DNA of 64,000 nucleotides from an uncultured Nitrospiraceae bacterium (GTDB lineage: Bacteria; Nitrospirota; Thermodesulfovibrionia; Thermodesulfovibrionales; SM23-35). The position numbers were made by a program, and so were the translations under genes. Position 1 is the stretch's first letter; every line of letters starts with the position of its first letter. Shown here one piece after another: positions 52,278 to 62,232 of this stretch. Location: contig CAVSHB010000003.1 in the NCBI GenBank assembly GCA_963727775.1, forward strand, positions 416,001-480,000. The letters are read 5' to 3'. The notes under the pieces were generated by a model, which worked only from the letters and a program-made list of their open reading frames with translations, was not told where the DNA came from and ran no database searches.

Positions 52278-52398
52278 ATTATCAAGGGGTTGTAAGCCAT
52301 TCCCATTAAGAATTGAATCACCAGTTGCCCGATAGTTGCCACCTAACCTCTTAATTGCCTCTATGACCTCGGATGTCAATAGTGGACACCAAACCCTT

Positions 52399-53259
52399 TC
52401 ATGCTGCCAGCTCTCGTGCATAGAATTGATACTCATAAGCAACTGGGGATAGATATCCAAGTCTTGCCTGTCGGCGCTGCCTGTTGTAGAAGATCTCGAT
52501 ATATTCCGTGATATCCTGCACTGCCTCTTGTCTGTTCCTGTAGCGTCTGTGATGGACAAGCTCCTGCTTCAGCGTGCCCCAGAAACTCTCCATCGGGGCA
52601 TTGTCGTAGCAATTCCCTTTTCTACTCATTGATGCCGTCATGCCGAACTGATTAAGAAGCTTCCGATAATCATGAGCACAATATTGGCTCCCGCGATCCG
52701 AGTGATGAATCAGCCCCTTCCCTGGACGCTTCGCTGCAACGGCACGGAATAAAGACTGACTTACAAGGCTCTTCGTTATCCGTTCTCCCATTGCGTATCC
52801 GACTATCTCACCGTTAAAAAGATCCTTGTGCGCGGCAAGGTACAGCCATCCTTCATCGGTCCAAACATATGTTATATCGCTCAACCATGCCATGTTCGGC
52901 CTGGATACTTCAAACTGCTGGTCCAGTAGGTTCTCAGCCACCGGAAGCGTATGTTTTGAGTCAGTTGTAGTTTTGAATTTCTTCGTCTGCTTACAGCGTA
53001 TACCGAGCTTCTTCCTGAGTCGCTTGATCCGGCAAACACCCACTGCAATACCGTTGTCTGCCAAATCCTTCTGTAATCTCTCAGCGCCGCATACCCGCCG
53101 TGTCCTCTTATGTGCAGCCTTAATCTCAACCTCCAAGCGGGCGTCTTCCTGCCCCCGCTTAGAAAGCGGCCTTGTCACGTGTGCATAGTATCCGCTTGCC
53201 GATACGTTATATATCCGGCACATCAGCGGCACTGAATATTGAAGTCGCATTTCTTTCAT
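52399..53259 (-). CDS. IS3 transposase OrfB (DDE)
   Basis: WLSDITY, HHSDRGSQY, GNCYDNAPMESFWG, FYNRQR. Confidence 0.95.
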   Translation of the reverse strand: MKEMRLQYSVPLMCRIYNVSASGYYAHVTRPLSKRGQEDARLEVEIKAAHKRTRRVCGAERLQKDLADNGIAVGVCRIKRLRKKLGIRCKQTKKFKTTTDSKHTLPVAENLLDQQFEVSRPNMAWLSDITYVWTDEGWLYLAAHKDLFNGEIVGYAMGERITKSLVSQSLFRAVAAKRPGKGLIHHSDRGSQYCAHDYRKLLNQFGMTASMSRKGNCYDNAPMESFWGTLKQELVHHRRYRNRQEAVQDITEYIEIFYNRQRRQARLGYLSPVAYEYQFYARELAA

Positions 53260-53594
53260 TAGCGCGTACCGGGCAGCGACTCCTTCGCAAAGTACGCGGC
53301 AGCTTTTTTTAGCAGATCACGCTCCATTCTCGTCTCTACCAGCTCTTTCTTTACCCTTGCCAGTTCCATCTCTAGCTCCGTCAGTGGCTTCTGTGTCTTG
53401 CCTATATCTTCCAGCTTGCCAGCTTTATGCGCCTTGACCCAGTTCCCTAACGTCGAGGGCGGCAATGACAGCCGGTGAGCTGCCTCCAGCAACGATATAC
53501 CCCCGGCTAACACCATCTTCACTGCCTCCCCACGAAACTCCTTCGTGTAACGTCCCTGCGGAATCCCTTTCATTCTGACACCTCCGTCTTTCAT
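53259..53594 (-). CDS. IS3 transposase OrfA
   Basis: YTKEFRGEAV, MERDLLKKAAAYFAKE. Confidence 0.92.
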   Translation of the reverse strand: MKDGGVRMKGIPQGRYTKEFRGEAVKMVLAGGISLLEAAHRLSLPPSTLGNWVKAHKAGKLEDIGKTQKPLTELEMELARVKKELVETRMERDLLKKAAAYFAKESLPGTR

Positions 53595-53638
53595 TTATTT
53601 TATCTGACTTTGGTGTCCACTTTTTCCATCCTACATCA

Positions 53639-54082
53639 GTTTATCTTCAGACGCAATTTAGGTGCACTTATCTTTACGAATCCCAGCCTCCACGAATGAG
53701 CTATATCCTCCGCGCTTGGAAATACGTAAGGTTTAGAATAAATACAGAGTATGTGATAATGGATTGCTCCCCTCTCCTGCAATTCCTTAACAGCCACGTA
53801 TTTAAAATCAGAATCTTCACGCGTCAACCGCTTATGAATCATCTGTAAAACTCGATGGAGGTGCTTAAAATCAACCTCAGCAACGTTTTCGGCCACAGTT
53901 AACGTAACATGCGCGACATAAAATTTCCTAAAATTGTAGTAGATATAATTAACCAACTTCTTAAGAGTATTTTTGAAATTTCCATACCTACCCGCCTCCA
54001 AATAACAGACCTGGCCTGTTTCTTTGTGCCTGAACTTTCTAAATCCGATCCATGGAAAGATCGTAAATGAAGCAAAAAGTGC
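53639..54082 (-). pseudogene. Rolling-circle (HUH) replication protein fragment, truncated by IS3
   Basis: HVTLT (motif I) and ELQERGAIHYHIL (HUH); frame ends at the IS3 boundary before any catalytic Tyr motif. Confidence 0.7.
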
Positions 54083-54083
54083 T

Positions 54084-54247
54084 TAGCCCACATTATTCAT
54101 AAGATTGCCGACAGATACAGTATTTAAGCGGCTTTAAATTCTTTCGAAGAAAGAATTTACCTCGGAGGCCCGATTTGCACCGGGACGAGAATGAGCGCAA
54201 ATACTGTATCTGTCGGCATACGCAAATTTTATGAATAAAGTGGGTTA
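54084..54247. repeat. Palindromic MITE-like repeat, copy A
   Basis: TA-flanked TIR CCCACATTATTCATAA / TTATGAATAAAGTGGG; inner stem GCCGACAGATACAGTATTT / AAATACTGTATCTGTCGGC. Confidence 0.85.
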
Positions 54248-54304
54248 GATCAAGATAAAATGCTTATTTTGTTGTCTTCATCCTTGAATGTCTGAACGTT
54301 ATTC

Positions 54305-54727
54305 CTATAACTCGGCAATTCCGCAAAACTCTTTCGGCGTTAAAATTCTTATCCCCTTATAACTCACCAAATTCAAAAGATGTGAGTCCCCCGAAATAAT
54401 ATAATCTGCCTTGCCCTCTATCGCAGCAGCCAGGATATTGTTATCTGCAGGGTCCTCTTTTATAACATTTAATTTGGGGGGATCATTGATAAAGATGGAA
54501 TATCGCATAAGGTTTAGAAGAACTTGTTTTATCTCTTCATCTTTTAAGGAATATCTAACCCGGATTTTCTCATGGTGTAAAACTTTACCCACCTCATTAA
54601 TTAAAAACTCAGAAGCTATAAGAATCAAATCGTCATCTTCCCAGGCTTTGACAACTTTATAAGGGAATCCCTTTTTCTGAATGATACCACTTACCAAAAC
54701 ATTGGTATCAATTACAACCCTATGCAT
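54305..54727 (-). CDS. PIN family TA toxin
   Basis: RVVIDTNVLVSG, DPADNNILAAA, IISGDSHLL. Confidence 0.9.
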   Translation of the reverse strand: MHRVVIDTNVLVSGIIQKKGFPYKVVKAWEDDDLILIASEFLINEVGKVLHHEKIRVRYSLKDEEIKQVLLNLMRYSIFINDPPKLNVIKEDPADNNILAAAIEGKADYIISGDSHLLNLVSYKGIRILTPKEFCGIAEL

Positions 54728-54992
54728 GTTTCCGGGCCGCCCTTACTGCCTCCTGCACATCTGCCTCGATTTCCTTTGACGGAATTCCTTTTGCTCTTTC
54801 CCTGATCTTGTCGAAAACCTGCATATCTTTCAGTCTTTGTTTTTTGAAGTTGTCAAACTCAATAACTGGTATCAAAACAGCCATAGGTTTATTACCTCTT
54901 TTGATGATATACTCTTCACCCCGGTAATAAACCTCTTCAAGGATCTCCCCAAGACTCTTTCTTACTTTTAAAGCAGTTAACTCTTTTGCCAT
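54720..54992 (-). CDS. Phd/YefM family antitoxin
   Basis: ALKVRKSLGEILEEV...IIKRGNKPMAVLIP; overlaps the toxin. Confidence 0.85.
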   Translation of the reverse strand: MAKELTALKVRKSLGEILEEVYYRGEEYIIKRGNKPMAVLIPVIEFDNFKKQRLKDMQVFDKIRERAKGIPSKEIEADVQEAVRAARKHA

Positions 54993-55027
54993 AAAATACC
55001 TCCTTGTTGTTAATGTAAGAATATAAC

Positions 55028-55062
55028 AACTATGATAGTTATGTCAATTATGATAGTTATGT
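55028..55062. promoter_or_regulatory. Candidate TA operator
   Basis: Palindrome AACTAT-G-ATAGTT; TATGATAGTTATGT repeated at 55031 and 55049, upstream of the antitoxin. Confidence 0.55.
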
Positions 55063-55201
55063 AGATTTTTAAGAAAAGGACGATTTTTTTCAAGGGGTTG
55101 TGTACATTTCCCTTGTCTTGCCAATTAATCTTGCATTAAATTTATGGCGTGCTATACTTTTTATCAATCTATCAGTCTCATAAAATTCAGGGAGGTAATT
55201 T

Positions 55202-55732
55202 ATGGCAAAGTGGGTTATCGATCCCGATCATTCTGTTGCGGCATTTTCCATAAAGCATATGATGGTCGCAAATGTTCGCGGCCAATTCAATAAGCTTAAT
55301 GGTACAATTGAGTTTGATCCAGCAGACATAATTAAGTCATCTGTGGAAGCGTCTATAGATGTTTCCGGGATTTATACAGGCATCAAAAAGCGTGACGACC
55401 ATCTCCGTAGTCCTGATTTTTTTGATATTGAAAAATACCCAATGATAACCTTTAAGAGCACTAATATAGAAAATATCATAAAAAACCGGTTCAATGTCAC
55501 TGGAAATCTGACTATTCGTGGAATCTCAAAACAGGTTATTCTTAATGTGGAATATTCAGGTCCTGAAAAAAGTCCTTTTGGGGAAACAAGCCTGGGGTTT
55601 TTTGCGACCGCACATATCAATTGTGAGGATTATGGATTACTGTGGAATATGCCACTGGAGAGTGGTGGATTTATGATTGGAAAAGACACCCAAATTACTC
55701 TGGATATAGAGGCTGATCTCACCACTGAATGA
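55202..55732 (+). CDS. YceI family protein
   Basis: WVIDPDHS, FSIKHMM, RDDHLRSPDFFD, GNLTIRG. Confidence 0.92.
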   Translation: MAKWVIDPDHSVAAFSIKHMMVANVRGQFNKLNGTIEFDPADIIKSSVEASIDVSGIYTGIKKRDDHLRSPDFFDIEKYPMITFKSTNIENIIKNRFNVTGNLTIRGISKQVILNVEYSGPEKSPFGETSLGFFATAHINCEDYGLLWNMPLESGGFMIGKDTQITLDIEADLTTE

Positions 55733-55779
55733 TCTTGAGTTGTAATGTGTTGATAAATAAGGATAATATTACGCACAAC

Positions 55780-55972
55780 TAACCCACATTATTCACAAAA
55801 GATCTTGATCAGTACACCGGATACAGAGTATTGGAGCTCATTCTCGGTCGTTCCGACCTGCGAGGTATTTGCCTCTTCACCTTACAGACCGTTTTTTGAC
55901 TATCGGTAAATAAATCCGCTCCAATACTCTGCCTCCGGTTGCTTTTTCCTGATTTATGAATAATATGTACTA
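55780..55972. repeat. Palindromic MITE-like repeat, copy B (inverted, diverged)
   Basis: CCCACATTATTCAC / TTATGAATAAT ends; stem CAGAGTATTGGAGC / GCTCCAATACTCTG; GCTCATTCTCG is the inverse of the conserved CGAGAATGAGC. Confidence 0.75.
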
Positions 55973-55977
55973 ATCTT

Positions 55978-56138
55978 TAGCCCACATTATTCATAAGATT
56001 GCCGACAGAGGCAGTATTTAAGCGGTTTTTTTCGCTGATAAGCGAAACCCTCGGAGATCCCGAAAGCTTTCGGGACCGAGAATGAGCGTAAATACTGTAT
56101 TTGTCGGCACCCGAATATTTTATGAATTCGGGGGGTTA
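55978..56138. repeat. Palindromic MITE-like repeat, copy C
   Basis: Near-identical arms to copy A (GCCCACATTATTCATAAGATTGCCGACAGA...GAGAATGAGCG.AAATACTGTAT.TGTCGGCA). Confidence 0.85.
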
Positions 56139-56659
56139 GTGGTCGGACATTTTATGCCTTCAAAGGCATAAATTATTCTTTTTTCTTTTTCAAGCCTGTT
56201 AATTGGACAAGGTATTTTCTTGAATTTTTTCATTACATTTAGCGCTTCCTCCAAGGTGAAAAATTCCTGCATAGAGTCCCCTATTTTAGACCCGGCAATA
56301 ATGTTGATTATCCGAGCTTCATCGCCGTTTGTTACCATCGCATAGGGTATCTGATAGTCTTTTGCAGCCCTTGCAAAGGCAGTAAGATATCTTTCCCATG
56401 ATTCTAATCCAGAATTTGTGCATTTAATAACTGCAAAATTCGTTGATGATAAATTAATAATAAAATCTATGCTGACCGTAACTTTGCAATCACTTAATGT
56501 TAGCTCGATCTGTGGATCATTTTCTATTTCTTTCGGATTGAATCCCTTTTCCTTTGTGAGTTTTTCCCAGACTACCAATTTCACTCCTCTGAGTTGCATC
56601 ATATCGAAAAAATCCTCCTCTTTAATTTTTTCCTCTATCATTTTTTCTCTATCTTCCAT
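56120..56659 (-). CDS. Stand-alone HsdR N-terminal-like (PD-(D/E)xK) domain protein
   Basis: LTKEKGF, IDFII, AVIKC, YAMVTNG pattern. Confidence 0.65.
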   Translation of the reverse strand: MEDREKMIEEKIKEEDFFDMMQLRGVKLVVWEKLTKEKGFNPKEIENDPQIELTLSDCKVTVSIDFIINLSSTNFAVIKCTNSGLESWERYLTAFARAAKDYQIPYAMVTNGDEARIINIIAGSKIGDSMQEFFTLEEALNVMKKFKKIPCPINRLEKEKRIIYAFEGIKCPTTNPPNS

Positions 56660-56895
56660 GAAAATATCCCCTTTTATTTATTATCCGAAAAATGCATTTA
56701 TTGAATAAACAGAAGACATATGGGCAGCAAAAGCTTGATGGCAGCACCTTTGTGGGTGATAAGATATCGGCATGGGCCTGCATGTTTTATTCTCTACGCT
56801 GCAACACCTCAAAAACTCAAGTCCTGCATTATCAAGGTTTTAATGTCCATATGTCTGACGATCATCCCATCCTTCAAGTGTATTTTGCGGGTTAA

Positions 56896-56911
56896 TGTTC
56901 CACGTGGAACA
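56896..56911. promoter_or_regulatory. parS site
   Basis: Perfect palindrome TGTTCCACGTGGAACA matching the bacterial parS consensus. Confidence 0.9.
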
Positions 56912-56958
56912 TTTCATGATACATTATATATAAGCCGGTATGTGAATAGTCAACGTAT

Positions 56959-56974
56959 TGTTCCACGTGGAACA
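56959..56974. promoter_or_regulatory. parS site
   Basis: Second identical TGTTCCACGTGGAACA. Confidence 0.9.
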
Positions 56975-57053
56975 ATCGTATCGGTTGTTCTATAGACATT
57001 AGTAACAAATATCTCTTGTCAGCATCATTAGTATAAGGTATATTATTTAATCT

Positions 57054-60000
57054 ATGCGTATTGATAAGATCGAACTGATAGGATTTAAATCCTTCGGAGA
57101 AAAGACCACTTTTAGCTTGCACCCCGGCATTACCTGTGTTGTAGGTCCAAATGGTTGCGGCAAAAGCAATATCGTTGATGCGTTCCGGTGGGTTTTAGGA
57201 GAACAAAGTGCCAAAAGCCTTAGAGGCGAAAAAATGGAGGAAGTTATTTTTAACGGATCTACATCCAAAAAACCCAGGGGGATGGCTGAAGTAACAATAG
57301 TTATTTCAGGAGTGAACAGTTTACAACAATCTGATCAAGAAGCTGACAATGGCGAAAGCTCGGCAGATTTTATTTCTGTTACGAGAAGGCTTTATAGATC
57401 CGGTGACAGTGAATATATGATGAATAAAAGTCAGTGCAGGTTAAAAGATATAAGGGACCTATTTCTTGATACAGGTCTTGAAGTGAAAAGTTTTTCGATA
57501 CTCGAACAGGATAGAATAGCTCAAATACTTAATGCAAAACCTTTGGAGAGAAGGATTTTAATAGAAGAAGTTGCAGGCATAATGAAATATAATGTCAGGA
57601 AAAAGGAAGCCCTATCCAAGCTCGAATCATCAAGGACGAATCTCCAAAGAATAAATGACATTATCATTGAGGTAAAGAAACAGATCAATTTTCTGGACAG
57701 GCTGGCAAAAAAGGCTGAAAAATATAAAAAACTTACTTCCGAACTGCATGCAATAGAACTGAAGATAGCAAAACGTGATTATAAGTTACTCAAGGAATCA
57801 TATGAGAAAATAATTTCAGAATATGACACGTTAAAAGAAGATGAGTCATTGAAGAAGGCAGACCTCTCAACAATAGAGAATGAGACTGAAACAAAAAGGA
57901 TTAGACTTCTTGAAAAAGAAAAAATGCTGGAACAAGTCCAGGACAAGTTTCAGAGCTTAGAGAAGGAGATTGCAGAGTTCGAAAAGAGTATCGCAGTGGC
58001 AAGGACTGAGAGGGACAACCATAAAGAATATCTCGAAAAGCTTTATCAGCAAGATAATGAATTCAATAATAAGAAAGCAGACGTATTAAATAGGCAAAAA
58101 GAATTAGATCAAACTGAAGCAGATCTGATGTCCGAAATAGAAATACAGAAAGAATTTCTCAGGGAAAAGGCCGATATTTTAAGGAATATGGAAGAGGAGC
58201 TGACTGAAAGTGAAGATATGCTCGAAACACAAAGGAGAGATATCTTTAAGGTCTCTGAGGAACTCAGCAATTCTAAAAATTCATTGGGCAGGCTTCAGTC
58301 TTCCCTTGATGGTCTGACACAAAGAGAAGCCGCATCCATAAAAGATTCTGAAACTTTGAACAGGGTATTATCGGAGATTGATGATTCGTTAAAGGATTTA
58401 GAATCAAATCTTCTGGGTAAAAATAATGATATTTTGCTTCTTAATGAGAAGAAAGGAATAATAGTAAGCGAACTGTCGATAAGTAAAAAGAAAATCGACA
58501 ATCTTAGAGAGACCCTCTCAAGGCTTAAAGAGGAGCTTGCATCAAATATATCCCGGACGGATTCTTTGAAAGAAATATTGTTTGACGAATCAACAAAAGA
58601 GCTTTTATCAGGAGACCTTAACTTTAATCTTATTGCATCAATCTCTGATGCCGTCGAAATCGACGATGAATACGAAAAGGCCATAGAGAGCGCATTGTCG
58701 GAGAAGGTTAACTCATTCATTCTCCCGTCATTCGATGATATCGAGATTGCCATCGCGTCATTAAAAGAAAAGGGGCTCGGCAGGACTGCCTTTGTCCCTC
58801 TGAATCCGCCTTCTGATGGGGAACAGATAGAGGTGCCCGAAGGCGCCATAGGAAGGGCATTGAATTTTATTAAGACTAAAGATGAATTTACAGGGATCGC
58901 GAAGAATCTTTTCGAAAATATATTTATAGTTAAGGATCTGAAGACAGCTCTCAATCTTATCGCTACCGGCAAAAACTTATTTTTTGTAACACTTGATGGT
59001 GAGGTCATTGAGCCTTCGGGTACGATTATCGCCGGAGAAGTAAAGGGTGTATTCAGGAGGAAGAGAGAGATTAGAGAACTCGAAGCTTCTATCGAGAATA
59101 ACAAGGGAGCAATAAACCGCGTTCAGTCTGAATTGAGCGCAATCCAGCAGATGATCGAAGCAAAAGAAACTGATCTGAAAAATATCGAAGCCGGGATTGT
59201 AGAAAAGGAGAAGGAAGTTTCATTGCTGAAACTGACATCTGAAAACTATGGGGACGAAAAAGACCGAAGGAACAAAAAACTGGCTTATCTTGCTTTAGAA
59301 ATAGAGCAGATAATAATGGAAAAGGCATCAAATGAAAGGCAGATAAGCGAGAAGGAAGCAGAAATCCGGTTAATTGACGTAAAAAAGTTGGAACTGGAGC
59401 AATATGGCACATCTCTGCAGGAAACAATATCGCAGCAAAAGTCACGGTTAGAAGAATATCGGACGGAAGTGACGGATATCAGACTTACCATAACCTCTCT
59501 TAAAGAGAGACTTGAATCAGTGAATAAGGAAAAAGAAAACATTGTTAGAGAGATAACGGAAAATACCCGGAAAAAAGAATTCTTATCCGAAGAAATATCG
59601 TCGATAACGGCACGAATTTTCCAGCGCGAGAAAGAAATGGAAGAAAACGAGGAGAAAGTTAAGTCACTCGTATCCGTGGCAGATGATTTCAGAACAGAAA
59701 TAGCTGAGAAGAAGGAAGTGATAGACTCTGAAAATCAGGAACTTATCACAACAGAACAAGGGCTTAAGCTGCTCAGAAATCAAATAGACACTGTCTCTCA
59801 AAGGCTGTCCGAACTCGATATTCAAAGGGCGGAACATAAGTTAAGAATGGAAAGCCTGTCCGATAATATAAGCCAAAATTACGGATTGGCGCTCGATGTA
59901 GTTGAAGTAGAACAATTAACAGAAGAAGACGAGAACCGACTGATCGAACTCAAAGAAAAGATGCAGGAACTTGGACCGGTAAATCTTGGGACATTGGAAG

Positions 60001-60572
60001 AATATGAAGAACTGCGGTCCCGCTATGAGTTTCTCAAGAACCAGCAGGAAGACCTGAATAAATCTATTGCGGAATTGGAAGAGGCGATAACAAAAATCAA
60101 TGTTACCACAAGGAAAAAACTCAGGGAAGCGTTTGAGGCCCTGAAGACAAAATTCTCGGAGGTATTTATAACGTTATTCGGCGGAGGAAAGGCTGAACTG
60201 ATCATGACTGATGAGAACAATATCCTCGAGACAGGTATTGATATAATAGCTCAGCCTCCCGGGAAAAAATTTCAAAATATAAACCTTCTTTCAGGAGGAG
60301 AAAAAGCTCTTACCGCATTATCATTGCTTTTTGCAAGCTTTTTAATTAAACCGACCCCACTATGTATTTTGGACGAAGCGGATTCGGCCTTGGATGATAT
60401 GAATACCGACAGGTTTGCCAAAACAGTGCAGGAACTTTCAAAAGGCACCCAGTTTATCGTTGTAACCCACAACAAAAGCACAATGAGTGTTGCCGATTAC
60501 ATATATGGAATAACAATGGAAGAGGCGGGTGTATCCAAGGTTATTTCCATGCAGCTTGTCGAGGCAGCTTAA
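57054..60572 (+). CDS. smc: Chromosome segregation protein SMC
   Basis: GFKSF, GPNGCGKSN, coiled coils with hinge, LSGGEK, LDEAD. Confidence 0.97.
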   Translation: MRIDKIELIGFKSFGEKTTFSLHPGITCVVGPNGCGKSNIVDAFRWVLGEQSAKSLRGEKMEEVIFNGSTSKKPRGMAEVTIVISGVNSLQQSDQEADNGESSADFISVTRRLYRSGDSEYMMNKSQCRLKDIRDLFLDTGLEVKSFSILEQDRIAQILNAKPLERRILIEEVAGIMKYNVRKKEALSKLESSRTNLQRINDIIIEVKKQINFLDRLAKKAEKYKKLTSELHAIELKIAKRDYKLLKESYEKIISEYDTLKEDESLKKADLSTIENETETKRIRLLEKEKMLEQVQDKFQSLEKEIAEFEKSIAVARTERDNHKEYLEKLYQQDNEFNNKKADVLNRQKELDQTEADLMSEIEIQKEFLREKADILRNMEEELTESEDMLETQRRDIFKVSEELSNSKNSLGRLQSSLDGLTQREAASIKDSETLNRVLSEIDDSLKDLESNLLGKNNDILLLNEKKGIIVSELSISKKKIDNLRETLSRLKEELASNISRTDSLKEILFDESTKELLSGDLNFNLIASISDAVEIDDEYEKAIESALSEKVNSFILPSFDDIEIAIASLKEKGLGRTAFVPLNPPSDGEQIEVPEGAIGRALNFIKTKDEFTGIAKNLFENIFIVKDLKTALNLIATGKNLFFVTLDGEVIEPSGTIIAGEVKGVFRRKREIRELEASIENNKGAINRVQSELSAIQQMIEAKETDLKNIEAGIVEKEKEVSLLKLTSENYGDEKDRRNKKLAYLALEIEQIIMEKASNERQISEKEAEIRLIDVKKLELEQYGTSLQETISQQKSRLEEYRTEVTDIRLTITSLKERLESVNKEKENIVREITENTRKKEFLSEEISSITARIFQREKEMEENEEKVKSLVSVADDFRTEIAEKKEVIDSENQELITTEQGLKLLRNQIDTVSQRLSELDIQRAEHKLRMESLSDNISQNYGLALDVVEVEQLTEEDENRLIELKEKMQELGPVNLGTLEEYEELRSRYEFLKNQQEDLNKSIAELEEAITKINVTTRKKLREAFEALKTKFSEVFITLFGGGKAELIMTDENNILETGIDIIAQPPGKKFQNINLLSGGEKALTALSLLFASFLIKPTPLCILDEADSALDDMNTDRFAKTVQELSKGTQFIVVTHNKSTMSVADYIYGITMEEAGVSKVISMQLVEAA

Positions 60573-60838
60573 TCCGAAAAATGCAGATATTGTTCAAAAA
60601 ATTATTTAACTCGATGAATTTATTGAGAATATTGTTATGTTTGTTATCAAAAAATATTCTCGGGACCATCTGTTAAAGGTACAGTAAGGTATCGAAAAAT
60701 AATTTTTTTCACAACACCCGCATTTTTCTAATTGCAGTTTTTGGGTTAGTCGGCGTTTGAAGTTTTTCAGTTACGTGTGCTATAACTCAAATAAAGACAA
60801 TAACCTTTGAATTTATTCCCTCTTATAAGAGTCCCATT

Positions 60839-62203
60839 ATGAAACAGATTATAGGCAAATTGCCAGGTATAAAAATATCTACGGCCCCGGAAGACCTCAT
60901 CTGCTATGGCTTCGATGCATCAGGCATTGAGAAGTCCCCTTCTGCTGTTGTCTGGCCGCAATGTACAGAGGATGTCGTAAAAGTAATGAAATATGCCTAC
61001 GAACTTAACATCCCTGTTGTTCCCCGGGGCGCCGGCACGGGTATGACTGCCGGGGCAGTGCCGTCAAAAGGAGCAATAGTCCTCAGCTTTGAGAAGATGA
61101 AAAAAATTCTTGAAATAGATACTGAAAATCTTACCGTCTTGTGCGAGCCGGGTGTAATCAATGGAAAACTGCAGAATGAGCTTGAAAGAACAGGCTTTTT
61201 CTATCCTCCTGATCCTGCAAGCATGGACTTCTGCACGATAGGCGGGAATATTGCTGAAAATGCGGGTGGTCCGAGGGCATTGAAATACGGCGTCACAAGG
61301 GATTATGTAATGGAGATTGAGGCGGTACTCCCAAACGGTGACCTAATAACCACCGGCGTCAGAACAGCAAAAGGCGTTGTCGGATATGATGTAACGCGAC
61401 TCCTTGTCGGTTCGGAAGGAACCTTATCTGTATTCACAAAAGCAAGGTTAAAGATACTGCCCATGCCTGAAGAGGTTATTACATTGCTTGCCATTTTTAA
61501 TAGACTTGAGGCATCCGGAGAAGCAGTGTCAAAGATTATTTCTTCAAAGATTATCCCGCGAACACTTGAATTTATGGATCATGAAACTATAAAAGCTGTT
61601 GAAAACTTTAAACCTGTAGGGCTGCCCAAGGATGCGGAAGCAATATTGCTCATCGAACTGGATGGTTATCCGGCCTCTATAAAATTGGATGCCGAAAAAA
61701 TAGCTGATATTTGTGAGCACTTCGGAGCAGAGATAAAGATGGCAGAGGATGAAGACGCAAGAAGTAAGCTTTGGGTATCAAGGCGTGCTATATCTCCTGC
61801 TCTTTATCAGATAAAACCTTCCAAAATCAATGAAGATATTGTTGTCCCGAGAAGTAAAGTAACAGAAATGCTGAAACGTCTAAGGCGGCTATCGGAGGAA
61901 AGTGGTATAAAGATTGTAAACTTCGGGCATGCGGGCGATGGTAATATTCATGTAAATATAATGGTCGATAAGGCCAATAAGGAAGAGTATGCAAAGGGAT
62001 TAAGTCTTGTTGAACGGGTATTTCAAGACACTCTTTCCCTCGGCGGGACAATCTCGGGTGAACACGGAGTCGGGCTTACAAAAGCCGGCTACATAGAGAT
62101 GGAATTATCTGAAAAAGAGATTGAAATTATGGAGTCCATAAAAAAAGTTTTTGACCCGAAGAATATCCTTAACCCGGAAAAGATATTCCCTCGAAAAGGA
62201 TGA
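60839..62203 (+). CDS. FAD-linked oxidase (GlcD / D-2-hydroxyacid dehydrogenase family)
   Basis: PRGAGTG, YPPDPAS, ENAGGPRALKYG, GSEGTL, HAGDGNIH, SGEHGVG. Confidence 0.92.
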   Translation: MKQIIGKLPGIKISTAPEDLICYGFDASGIEKSPSAVVWPQCTEDVVKVMKYAYELNIPVVPRGAGTGMTAGAVPSKGAIVLSFEKMKKILEIDTENLTVLCEPGVINGKLQNELERTGFFYPPDPASMDFCTIGGNIAENAGGPRALKYGVTRDYVMEIEAVLPNGDLITTGVRTAKGVVGYDVTRLLVGSEGTLSVFTKARLKILPMPEEVITLLAIFNRLEASGEAVSKIISSKIIPRTLEFMDHETIKAVENFKPVGLPKDAEAILLIELDGYPASIKLDAEKIADICEHFGAEIKMAEDEDARSKLWVSRRAISPALYQIKPSKINEDIVVPRSKVTEMLKRLRRLSEESGIKIVNFGHAGDGNIHVNIMVDKANKEEYAKGLSLVERVFQDTLSLGGTISGEHGVGLTKAGYIEMELSEKEIEIMESIKKVFDPKNILNPEKIFPRKG

Positions 62204-62232
62204 TAGCTGAAGAAATTTGTGAACACGGAAAA

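Larger units (their letters stand above)
52364..53638 (-). mobile_element. IS3-family element (1275 bp)
   Basis: TG...CA ends with IRs sharing AGTGGACACCAAA; orfA/orfB; A7G slippery site at 53303-53310; no target duplication visible. Confidence 0.9.

Noticed and set aside
52164..52559. 131-aa minus-strand ORF, and a fifth tRNA at 52229
   Set aside because: The ORF is a chance read-through of the IS3 end and antisense tRNA fragment; the tRNA copy lacks its 5' half and is attR
54084..56138. Palindromic repeats as attC cassette sites
   Set aside because: Long TA-flanked terminal repeats, mixed orientation and back-to-back copies fit MITE-like elements better; no IntI in the window
58295..59542. 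Minus-strand Ser/Phe-rich ORFs
   Set aside because: Antisense shadows of the Glu/Lys-rich smc coiled coil
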